Shown here one piece after another: positions 39,041 to 50,599 of a DNA stretch of 64,000 bases (position 1 is the first letter of the stretch; the number at the start of each line of letters is the position of its first letter). The position numbers and the translations under genes were made by a program. Location of the stretch: NCBI GenBank assembly GCA_036172245.1, contig JAYWIR010000004.1, positions 1,674,001-1,738,000 of the forward strand, in the 5' to 3' direction. The stretch is from Raillietiella orientalis (Eukaryota). Below the pieces are notes generated by a model. The model was not told the DNA's origin, made no database searches, and worked only from the letters and a program-made list of their open reading frames with translations.

Positions 39041-39549
39041 ATTCTGCCCCTCCCCTCCCCACCTTTCCCCCCAGCGTCCACCACCCTGCCTGAGGACGCT
39101 GCAGAAATAGGAAATTTCCCACCTCCCACTTCCTCTGATTGCAGAACGACGTGCTGCCGCCTGACGACCCCGGAAAGAAACGTGGCAAAGGACTCGGGCT
39201 CCCAGCATCCCCGCTGCCCTGTGGAGATTTCCGCGGACGGGATCTCTCCTTCCCGGCAGGGAAAGGGGAGGGAGTAGCGGGGACTGAGCCTTCGGATTCG
39301 CTTCCACCTGGACGGGAACTCGCTGAAAATCGATCCTGGACTGGAGAGGCTGCCGAGCGTCTGTCTTGCTTCCCGAATTCACGTGGATCAATCGAACAGC
39401 ATGGTGGCTGCCTCAAAGCATCTCTTCATGGAGGGCGCGGTCCTTTTTTTTTCGCGTGATCTGCCTGGCCACAGCATCCCCGGGGCTCGTCCTCCATGGG
39501 TGGCTTCGATTGCCGCTCTCACTGTCCTAACGCACGCATTCCGCCGACA

Positions 39550-42500
39550 AAAGTGTGGCAGTCACGGTCGTCCCTGCTGCTACGAACTCCCCGCCTCACT
39601 CGCTCCCCACCGTCCGATGGCCCCTGAATGGAGGCCATCAGATTCTGCTCGCCCCAAGGCATTCGGGATCAGCAAGCGAGGAGTTCCAGAACTCCAAGCA
39701 AATCGAGGAAAAGCAAGCATGAAACAGGAGAGATGGATTCTCAGAGATCAAAGTAACACCAGAATTGAGGGTGTTGCTCCTGGAAACGCGTTTCTTTTTT
39801 CTTTCGTGAGCAGTGACAAAGCAATCACAGTGTCGGCGCGACAGCTCACATGTTCTTCTTCCCTTTTTGTTTCCTGCTTTTTCTACCGGTGTTTCTTGGA
39901 GTGAGGAGCACGGAGCTGGGTCTGCTCCAGCAGCACCCAAGTGCCCGTGCTCCTGAAACCAGACAGTTAGGTGATGCTGTCGCTTCTGTTTTTATTGGGA
40001 CGCACTGGCCGTCGGGAATTAGGGCTGGTGGGGATTGACGATGAGACTTCGTTGTCAAGTGCGACTCAGCAGCCCACTTGCTCCGGCTTCACGAAATAGA
40101 CCTCGATGGAGCACTCTAGGGTCCTCTAGCTACCTCGACACCGTACTTCGAGCGACGAAAGAGAGGGATGATAGCCATTTCAAGATCGACCCTTAAGTTG
40201 TCTATCTCCTCGTTACCCAGAGAAGGGTTTCATCGTTCCATTAGTGAACCTGCAGCACTCAGCGTCGAAATCCGTAGAGTCGGTCGCTTGAATAGTTTCC
40301 ATAGAAGCAGCGGTTTTCTGGAACATTCGGCGGCAGCTGGAATAACCGAACAATTCAAAATGGTTGCCCAAGAATGAACTCCTCAGAAGATTGCTCTCCA
40401 GGCGTCTTTTGCAGATTCAAAGGTCTGATAGGTGCACCCTATCTTCCCTAGGGTGTTTCAGGGCCGCACGCTTATGCTGGATTGAAAGGAAATGCGTCAT
40501 CGTGTTGCCACTGTCGCATATTATGGAAGTCCTTCATTCTTTTCTTTCGAGGGGGAAAAAGACGTGCCGATGCAGATGCCTGTTTCGTAAGAAAAAAATG
40601 AAGGAATAAACTTGGAAATATGGCCTGTCATTGCTTCCTTTCCTTCTTCTTTATCTCCTTGATGGTGCTTTCTTATAGTGTTTGTTGTTGCCATGTGTTC
40701 CAGAAGACAAGCATCTCTTGAAAGAGGCAGAGTTCCTTTGTGGCTCGACAACTGTCATCTCGAACAGTGCATACCGAAGGATCTTCAGGTGCCGATCTTG
40801 GTAAATGGTCTCAAAATGGTCTCTGCACAGGATGTTGTAGTCGGATGTGGCCTGGAAGAGGATCCATGGAGTCCTTCAAAGGTTCCTAACGATTTTACTG
40901 ACCCTCTCTGGAGCAGACTGGTCGGCTAAAAAGGGTCGAGCTACATCGAGGGTTGGGGCTACTCCTGACACCATGGAAGCTAGAAAGGTTTGGGGGAAAG
41001 AAGGATGAGTCGCTTGCGGCATTCCCGCTGTTGTTGGGGATTCGCTGATCGTCGGGCACTTCTGGAGTGCACAGAACACCTCCTTGAAACTGTCAGCAGC
41101 CCCTGTCGCCGCCCTCAGAGCAACACCCTCAGAGCCTCCCATTGAGAATAAATCAAACAGGACAGGTGGACAAGGGCAGTTCCATATCCTTGAAAATGGA
41201 AGCACCTATGATCTACGGCGAAGCAGTTGGACTGCCAGGATTATAACAGCAGTGAGAGTGCCTTTCAGTGGGAGCGAAAAGATGGGAAAGATGCGGTGAT
41301 GGTTAGGAAGCTGAGAGATGCTCACTGCAATCTGAAAATCAGATGTAGGGTTCCGCATCCTGAATTCGTTCTGTAATGAGATCCCAGGATGGCTTCTGAC
41401 GACTGAAGACGACGTCATCTCCTTTGAACCGACGCTGACAGTTTTTTCTAAGAATATGTTACGAATCAAAGCAAAAACACAATTTTATAACAACATCTTA
41501 TTCCGTATCTCTATCTGCCTGCAGCTTCCGCATTCTTGTTGATGGATTATTTGCGGTTAAAAATCTCCGAATGTCACCAAGGCAAAAAAAAAAAAACATG
41601 GAAAATTCTTTTTCCGACTTTCTTAGCGGTGCTCTCACGACAAAGAAGCGACCGAAAAGAGCACGATGATGCAGGAGTCGGAGGCAATATGAGAGTCTGC
41701 GACTTGCGATTCCTTTCCTCGACTGCTCGGAACTGCGGGCGAAAAGTTCAGCAAGTTCGATCCAAGACCAGAAACTTAACAAACCGAATCGATGCCCAAT
41801 GCGTCCACCGAGCCCCTTAAAAACCGAGTTCATCCTGGCACCATCTCTTCCTTTCGTTTCGTTTCGTCGGCGACAAACATCATGATTTTAGCGTTGGATT
41901 GGCTTCAAGCAAGCTGGATTCCCGAGATCCAACGAGCAGGTTCAGCGACTTGTGGGAAACTCGGACCCGAGCTTTGCTTCTTTACGTGTATGGTTAGTCG
42001 CTCCACCAAGATAGAAAGAGCAGCCACTTCCGGTCAGTCACATTACCCCATCTGGAACTCTGACCCAAACTGGATGCTCCTGAAGTCTCCTATCCTTCTG
42101 AGGATTCATCAACAGCTCTAGAAGACCGAAGACAATGAAAGGAATTAAGGAATTGCCTTTGTACTTCTCCAGAAGAGTGCCGGCTTCATGATACGCGTTC
42201 TTGGGATACTTGGCATCCTCCGGTATAAGGAACACTGAGGTGTTCAACGAGTTTAAGATCCCTAGACGTTAGTCGGAGACCTCAGAAAAGAGATAGTATG
42301 TTCGAACATCCTTTCTTAACATTTTCTTTCTTACTGAATGCAGCTGTTGAGACACCGGTCGTAATAAGGAACTCTCTGAAGACTGTTGACTCGTGCAAAG
42401 ACTGGATGACCGACCATCCTACAGAGATGATGGAGCGTCCCTCTCCATCGTTCTTTTATACCGCCTCAGCACAAATTGTGAAGCAAGAATTCCTGGTTTC

Positions 42501-43000
42501 TTCTGATGATCGAATTCCCCCTCACTCCAGAAAGCAGAGCATCCTTCCGTTTGTTCCATTCTTGGTGTCTGTGGACACCAGAGCAGAGAAGCAAAAGGTG
42601 GAAATCGTGGAATCGTGGAATTACTCCAAGTGGAAATGACTTCACACTGCCACTCTTCGCAGCTTCGCTGGGTGAGACCCTCTGAACGCGTGGACGCGGG
42701 ATGGTTTGGAAGGCAAGGAAGATACTTCTCGCAGCCCCTTCTTATCCGACCATGGAAAGGCGTACCTGCGCAAAAAAAAAAAAAAAAGGAAAGGAAAAGG
42801 CTTCTTTCATGACCACATTTGGTTTTATCGCTTTCTGTTTTTGATACGTTCCTTGGTGAAGTCTTCGAAGTCAACTCAATGCTGCCGCAGTGGAGTCCGT
42901 CCTCGCCCCAGCATTGCTGGCATTGCATTCGCACCACTCGAGCCGCTCATTGACGCGGAAACCGAAGAAATCTGTGGCTGCTCTTTTCTTTGCTCGCTAG
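39550..43000 (-). mobile_element. Near full-length R2-like non-LTR fossil (zinc finger/Myb, RT, CCHC, RLE)
   Basis: Collinear: CQQC..GLH..KTKCGHE, VPDGV, CPCPPVLFDLF, GAADS, TLPLSRD, WATILNCSV, KSHRQSP, VTAHERKKK, LEFWNSSLA...LG. Confidence 0.65.
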
Positions 43001-44599
43001 CTCTCCATGCTGGAGGGCCGCCCCAACCCACACGGTAGTGCCAAAGAGGATGGGGAAGGCTCCCGTCCCCGAATGACGACCGAAACTGCGGTTCCACGAT
43101 TCGTCCTGCTCGCTGCAGATGAGCCATTCCCTGACAGAAGGAGGAGGAAACGCGCGCGCGCACGACGGCAACAGATGCTCAAAAAAAGCTGGACCGCAAT
43201 GCCCAAAAACAACGGTCAGGCGACGTCCGATGCCTTTCTGAAACGCACGTCGGTTTCGTGGGGGTCTCTCCCGTTGATCCTGGTCTCTACGCGTGAAAAG
43301 GTTCCTTCTAGCGGCTTCCGCAACTCTCGCTTTTGTGCGTAGGAAGGGAGGTTCCTTCTAACGGCTTCAGCGAACCTCCTTTAACTACTCCGGTTCCCGA
43401 AAAAGCCAAGGAGGAGACTTTCACGCTCACCACACGCACTTGCACACAAGGGCGCGCGCGCGCGAAGATGGCATCCTCCTCCGTCCGAGATACAAACAAA
43501 TCAATGCAGTGAACCGAAAATAGCAGCAGCGTACTGTCACCGACGAGCGACGGGACCCGATCTTCAGAAATTGTTTCAATTTTGATGAAATATCGGAGCT
43601 CCTCCGCCAGCCGGTGAAATTGCGGCCGGCCCCCCAGCGAAACAGTCGATACAGATTTCACGCAAACTCAAGAATTCCTCCTTCCTTTTCTGGTATCGCA
43701 AGCAGCTCGCTCCTCCCGCTCAGGAAGGACGGGTTCTGGTTCCTCCTATTTTTATCGATTTTGCATTTTGCGATTTCTCCAATGAGAGTTTGTTTCCTCT
43801 TGAGTACGTTTCGAAAAAGATGCCCTCCAATTCCAGCCAAGTGTCTTTGCCTATCTTATTAAGATTGTAGCCAGCCATTTGCGGAATGCCTTCAGCCATC
43901 TTCGCAGTGACTGCCAGCCTGTGTGGATAAGTTTTCGCTCCCTTTCTAGCCCAAAACTATTTCCTGATCCATTTTGCAGTTCCACTTGCCTAAGGTACCG
44001 ATAAAGGATTCACATAATACTATCCTGCCCCCAGGCGCTTCCATCGGTACTCTTAAAAAAAGAAGTACGCCGAATTCGACCTTAGTGAAACCAAAGTAGG
44101 TAAGTGAGATGTTTGAAGGCTGGGACCGATGATTTTTTCCGCGACTATTGAATCGAGAGAATTCTCGCGCGGTTCGAGCGCCCCGTCCGCCTTCTCAGCG
44201 GCGGAGGTTGCGGTACGAGCGAGGCAACCCCACTCGCCGCCCAAAGGGGGAACCGGGCGACGCGGTCCCTGTGGAAAATTCCGCGGCACGTCCCCGGCAG
44301 ACCTTCCGCGGCTGTCCCCCCATGAATGTAGCGCCGTTGCATCCCCTCGCATTCGATCTGTTTCCTGCATCACTCCTCGCGGGTGCTGCCTCTCAGGACC
44401 GTCGAAAAATGCATTCCGGCATCTCCGAAAAGTGTCCAGGCGGGACTGCCCCTCGTCCCGAATCCTTGAAGGATCTCATGAAGGGCGGATGTTTGCACTA
44501 CCGCCGGTTTCCGCCTAGAAACTTTCTCACTGCCAGCCTCCTCAAAGTGACTTAATCGGGAACTATCCGAGTGCATCAACCGACGGGACCTTTTCCGAA

Positions 44600-45270
44600 T
44601 TCTTTGATTCCGGGACGCAACTGGACCACACCGGAACAGCAACCCTTTGTTCTGAGTACGGGACACGCTTCCTTCCCCCTTTCCCCCAAAAAAGTGAGTA
44701 TTTGGTCGTTGTTCGTCTTCTGGAGCGCGGAGGAGGGAACGTTGTCCGTTTGCTTGTCTCCTGAGCGAAGTGGTGGGTCCCGCTGTGATCCCTGCGGTGA
44801 GGCTGTGTAAACGCAGAGCGTGCTGGAGAAGGCCAGTTGATTTCTGAAGCAAAAGAAACGCCTCCGCGCACGCGGTGCTCGAAGGGTGCGTGACCAGCGT
44901 TTCGTAACCTTTCTTTTTTTTCTTCTTTTTTGCTATCTCGGTCCGAAGATCACCTCCCCATTTCCTTCGCCCCGAAAACGAAGTCGGGAGCTCCTCCCGA
45001 TTAGCCGAAATTCGCCCACAAGACCAGGCACTCCCCTCCCCCCCCCCCTTTCTCTTTGTAGCGAGGCGAGACAGATGGCTCTCGCATCCTCGCGGGTCTG
45101 CTTCGGTGGTTTGCTCCCCCATCTAAGCTCCCTTGGCACAGGAACCCCAGACCGCCACGCGTGATTCTCCTTCTAGGTAGAAAGAGCTGGAAGATGCGGG
45201 GGCCGACCACCCGTATCCTTTTCCGACATGGGCCATTTGCGCACGGAAGCGGTGCCATGTGACGTGTGGT
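44600..45270 (+). mobile_element. L1 ORF1 fossil
   Basis: FWSAEEG..SGGSR, ASSRVCF, YPFPTWAIC..CH. Confidence 0.4.
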
Positions 45271-45699
45271 GCGTGTTATCGTTTCTTTTGCACTCCGAGC
45301 ACTTATACAATGTACAGGATGCCGGGTACGATCTACGAGCATCCAAATAGCGTTCCGCCTTGCTCTACTGCTGGTTTATCCCGCAGGAAAAAAAAAAAAA
45401 CGGGTTATTGAGGGATGATACTTGTGAGAAAATGCGACTGGAAGGGGAGGAAATATATTTTCGAAATTGGACATTTCTGGAACTCCTCCTCTGCGTATGA
45501 ATCTTTCGCCTTGCGTCAGTCCGAACCGTTTCTTAGAATAATGCGATTGGAAAGACAATTTGCAATGAGATGGAACTCGAGAGCTACTTTGCCCGCGATT
45601 TGCGTTCTTTGCCTCGGAGACGTTTCGGATGCATAGGAAAGGACCCTCCCGTCTGGTGAACCACAAGGACTGCTGTCTGATCGTTTCTGCAGTCCAGGG

Positions 45700-46700
45700 T
45701 TTTCTTTCTGGGAAATTTTTTGCACCCGATGGGAGGGAGAAAGCAATCTTCCAGGGATGATGAAAGATGGTTAAGAGATGCGCGCGCGCGCGCTTGCGTA
45801 TGAATTTGGACGGGTGGGCGAGTTTCCTAGAATTCACCTTGAGATCCTTCACGTGCACATCCGAACGACCAAAAAGTCTTCCTTGCAGTCCGAAACAACA
45901 CCGTCAAAAAGGACAAAGAGAATATTCCGTTTCTCCGTTTCCGATTTCCTTTGGCTCGTTGGATCGCATTCTTGGATCCGAATGCAAAAAAATCGAATGC
46001 CAGACCGAAGCCTCTTGACGATGCTGAGCAGACGAGTTGCTTTTGTGACCTCCGATAAACCGGTTCCCTCACTCCAAAGGAAAATTTCTTTCTGCGGACG
46101 CACCCCATTTCCGGAGGATGACAAGCGAAATTCCTCTGCGCACTCGACGAAGACTGTCCAAACGAGATGCGAAGGCACCTGATCTGTAACATACCAATCG
46201 CGTTCTCTGCATGAGGCTTGTGGATGATGCGATCCACAGTGCGGATGACCTCCACTCCAGAGATCGCAGCTGTGGCTCGGCAACCCGCCTGACTGCTTTC
46301 TCCGTGCCGCTGAGATGGCCAAGTTGGGCAGGACAAAGCTCGGAACGAGCCCATTCTCAGGCGAAGCCTCACGAAATCGTGGGTTCCCTTCAGAGTGAGC
46401 CGAAATCCTAAGGAATCCATTGCATCCCCCTCTCTTCGAAAGAATTTAATTGGTTTGGCTTGGCTGAAATGCAAAGGCGGCCTAGGATGCGAAGAGTCTT
46501 CATCTGTGCAAACCGAAGGTTCCCTTTAAGTGGTGTTAGGTGAAGTCCGAAAATGAGAAATGCTTTTCTCAGGTCACCGTTCCGATTTTCCGGGAGTGCA
46601 AACTCCATTTTTTGGAAGAGTAGCATGAATGTTACTCTTCGAAATAAACACCGCCTACTTCTTCCAAAGTTCAGATCAGCTTCCTCCAAGTACTTTAAAG
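45700..46700 (-). mobile_element. L1 ORF1 fossil
   Basis: KFFRREGDAMDSL...HDFVRL.., ENAIG, AQRNFA match DUF4283-type ORF1. Confidence 0.45.
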
Positions 46701-47649
46701 AAGGTGAAGTTTGTAAAGCTCTGCATACAACTTTCGTGCTCAATCCTTTCGAACCTTCACAGGGATAAAATACTCCACCCTTTTCCCCTCCCTTTCTTTT
46801 CTTTGGAACTCGAGGAAAAACATCGGGAACATGGTAAATCATGAGCGGTCATTTCCTGGCAACCTTGCATCTAGCATAAAAGGGAAGAGGAAAGCTGCTG
46901 ATTGATCCAAGATGGGCACGAAATGCTTCTCTCCTCTCCTTGTGATGCACTGTGATCTTTGGTGATGCGAAGTATCGAAAAGATGAGCTCGTCGATACTT
47001 TCGGGAAAAAAGTTCACCACCTTTCTTCTCTCTCTGTCTCAGAAATATGCAGCAAAGTGCATCATTACATGAGACGATACGTGAAATTGATCAGAAAAAG
47101 AAAAAGAAAATAAGAAAAGAAGAGTTCCAGATCTAAAGTAGGTATAAATCCAGATTATGGAAGTCCGCGGAAGCTTAAATAGAGTCGACAGAAGGAATAG
47201 AGTTGGCTCTGTTTATTCAGCAGTCTGCATGAACGCTCTGGAAACGCATTAGAGAAGCCGCCGTCATTTGGTTTATTTTCTTTCGGTCTTTTGCTCCCCC
47301 TCGAACTTCAGGCTGCTGCAAAAACTTGCCGTTTTGCACTCTCATTTCCAAAGCTGCCAGCGATCGATCCTTCTCTGTATCTTGATGCGATCGTTCGTCG
47401 CAACTTGAGGTTTGAAGATGGTAGAATTTCTCGGCAAGCGTCCCTTTCCAGAACTCCCTTTCTTGACCAGCTCCTCATCTAAGCCCATGGCCACTTTCGA
47501 ACCCTTTCGAAAGCAAGGAGGTGAATGCGTTTCAGGGCTTTTCTGATGCGCTCCGAGGGGAGAGCTCCTAGAAGAATTCTTTCCCTCAGGAAAAAATTCT
47601 TGACCAGAAGAGCAAGAGAAAAAAAAATACAATTTCTGGGGTGCCGAAG

Positions 47650-48450
47650 ATTGTAGAACAGACTTCCTTGGAGCGGAGGATGAGTGCAGCTCCTGGATTT
47701 AGTTCGGTTTCTCTCTCCTCAGCGCGCCCCCCTAGCCGGAGAGAAGCTGAAACTCGATTCCCTCAAGATACGGGAAAGACTGAGTCAGGAACATTTTGTC
47801 TTCAGGCAAGAAGTTCCATGAAATCAGCGGTGTTCATGCCAAGGTCGAACACCAAGTTCTCCGTATTCCTGGTTAACGTTAGGGGAATCTATCAAGTGAA
47901 AGACCTTGCAGAAGATGCTCACATCGGCAATCGACTTCCAGTCACCGACATACAGAATTACTAGTTTTCCTGCTGGAAATTCTTTTTAGAGTGATGAGAA
48001 GTGGGGGTCATTCCTCCAGGTCAGAGACAATCGATCGGAGCGCTTCCTTGAAATCGTGATGTGTGTCCAATGTGCTTCTTACCTGACTTCCGAAGTACCA
48101 GGAAAACATATGGGAAAGAAATGATCCTGAAAGTAACTTGGCAAGAAGGTGCCCGTGACACCAGAAGCGGTTCCCAATGATGTCACATACGAGGTTCATG
48201 AGATTGCGACCAGGTGAATTGGCAACAGTCACTTGGAGAATACAGTGCTGAGTGGAGCAACCCAAGAAGCGATCTGTTGCTTCCGACAATCGTCTCCTTA
48301 GCAACGGAAAATGAAACGTGGAGGGGAACATGCAAGATCAAGGGAACTGCCTTCCTTTGGGTAACCGCGAGTCTCTTTCGTGGTGCTGAATAAACGGGAG
48401 TAGATCTCGACAGCCCCAGAATCCGCTTCGGCTGAACAGTCTCAGCAGGC
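47650..48450 (-). mobile_element. L1 RT N-terminal fossil
   Basis: NSPGR...DIIG, VFLVLRK, LRSIVS...LKRISSRK (RPIsl...sKila.R). Confidence 0.5.
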
Positions 48451-48669
48451 CGCAATGTTTGACATTTTTCTGCATCCTGGCACTCTGACGAGAAGAGCAT
48501 TTTAAGAGAGAAACAAACCGACTGTATCTTTCTGAGAGCGAATGACGTGCAAGAGCAGTTCCACCTTTAACCTTTCTTAACAAGAGACGCAGTATCGGGA
48601 GAAGTGCAAAGCTTCCGGAACAGAGATAGCTTCGTGAGATCTGGCTGAAGATTACCATCTCACATAACT

Positions 48670-49750
48670 CAAAGATTTTCATTCTTCCTGACCCACGAAA
48701 ACTTTGGTGTAGGCTGCTTTGCGTGAGTGCGCGCGAGCGTGTCTGTGTGTTCGCCCTCGATTTTCCCCAAATTTCCTATTGCGGAATCGCAATGTTTCAA
48801 CTCTCCCCGAAGATCTAAAAAGGAGAGCTTCTCGATTACAATTCGAAGGAAAAAGAAAATGCTCTCTTCTGCATCTTTCGATCGCTGTGCGATTCCTGTG
48901 TGCACACCCCCTCTCCGACCCAGCGTCGGGCAGAATGTTGGTCGGGGGTGGGGGGAGGTGTGGATTCTGCCGGCATGATAGCGGCAATGCCACTGTTCTC
49001 CATTCACGAAAATAACGAGCAGTTCCATCACACTCCGGCAAGCAAAGCTTCCAACTGCAAGAATAGAGAGAAAAGCTCTGTCTGCATCTGCTGCGCGTGA
49101 AAGAGATTCCCTCCTTCGATTCTGAATGGCTGCTGCGCTGTTGCGCTTCTTCATACTCGTTTCCTGCTTAGAAGGACATTTAGGAGAAACGTGCGTGAAG
49201 ATCCGAAGCAGGCATGCACGCACGCGAACATATGCGCTTACCAGAATGCCGAAAAGAAATAATAAAATAATAATAACGGAAAAGACCTCGAGCGCCACCT
49301 AGAAGAACCCATAGGGCAAAGTAACTGATCACGGAGGGAGTCTGCAAGGCTCCCACTGCTTGTGGAGCTATGGGTGTGAAAATGAGTGTTTTGATTATCT
49401 CCCATTTGAAAAGACCCGCCCGCGACCATCGCAGGAATACGGTTCCCTACCGTGAACGCTTTGGTCACAGACAATCGGCGAGTTAAATTGAGGATGACAG
49501 TCAGTTCTTATTTTCGCCTGTTAGCACAGATGGTTGCAGGGTGAGTCGTGGTGCAGATTTGGAATTCATCTGGGAATGGGCCCAACATCGTTGCATTTAT
49601 CGCTGCAGCAAACAGTTGCGCAAAGATGAAGGACCTTTGCACAGCAGGAGAACAGAATGCAAAGGTTGTTTCGCATGCGTTTCGCTTTTATTCATGCTCC
49701 CCTGATTAGTCGGTGACTAGTGACATCTATTAGGAAGCAAAAAAGTGATT
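48670..49750 (-). pseudogene. Decayed class A (rhodopsin-like) GPCR, TM3-TM7
   Basis: CETTFAF...SFIFAQLFAAAINATMLGPF (TM3), ECL2 Cys LLCP, VIIILLFLFGILVSAYVRV (TM5), RAFLSILAVGSFAC (TM6), QPTPKFSWVRKN (TM7-like). Frameshifts present. Confidence 0.35.
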
Positions 49751-50599
49751 CCCATCACGTTTCCGTATCACATTTCCTTTTATTCACCGTACTAATGACT
49801 CTCTCAATGGCAACCCCTTAATTTGTTTGGCTTTGTCTGCTGCATGGAACGTTTTGTCAGCACGGAACTTGGATTCGCATCTCCAACCCGTTTTCTTCTG
49901 TAGGTAGGCGGTTCCCTGGAACCACTGTAAACATCATGCGAAGGGTTGTCAAAGTCTGGAGGATGCGATTTCCCTCTGTGCACCTGTCTTTGCGTAGATG
50001 TGGTGAATCCTCCAGCGAGAATGGAACAGTCTGTCCTCTATTCTTCGCCGGATGCGCGTCCAGTGCGTGGAGAGAAACTCGGCAGCTTCCTTCTCGCAAA
50101 AGTAGCATCAGTCGTCAGTTCTCGAGCACTGCTACTTTCACAGGAACCTTCCTTATTCTAACCTTCTGTCTGGAAAATTGCTCTCGTTCCTGTTCGAGGG
50201 GGGAGGGTGGGGGGAGTGTTGCTTTACCCTACAAATACTTTTTGTTCGTCTGAAACCTAAGGGGCAACTTTTGGGTAAACAGCATGCATTCAAGCGAGAA
50301 ATCTGAGTAGAGAATAACTGGAAAATAGTAGGTGATAACTACTACATAAAGTTGCTTCCGTCTTGCAGGTGTGAAGATTGCAATAATCAAATGCCTATTC
50401 TCTCTCTCTCTCTCTTTCATTTCTATCGCCGAATCTGCGTCATATCAGTACCTCAGTTCTCTAACCTCGTTCTCTAACCCCTCCGGCATGCTGCTTCAAT
50501 GTCCGGCTCCTCAGCCTATCTGGAAGGATCCTCTTTCATTCGATTGATCCTGCGATCAAAACAAAATCTACCCTTTCAACGTAAGGGGCCATCTATTCA

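Noticed and set aside
49390..49430. RHIM-like motif GSFQMGDN on the minus strand
   Set aside because: A four-residue resemblance within the putative GPCR fossil; likely chance.
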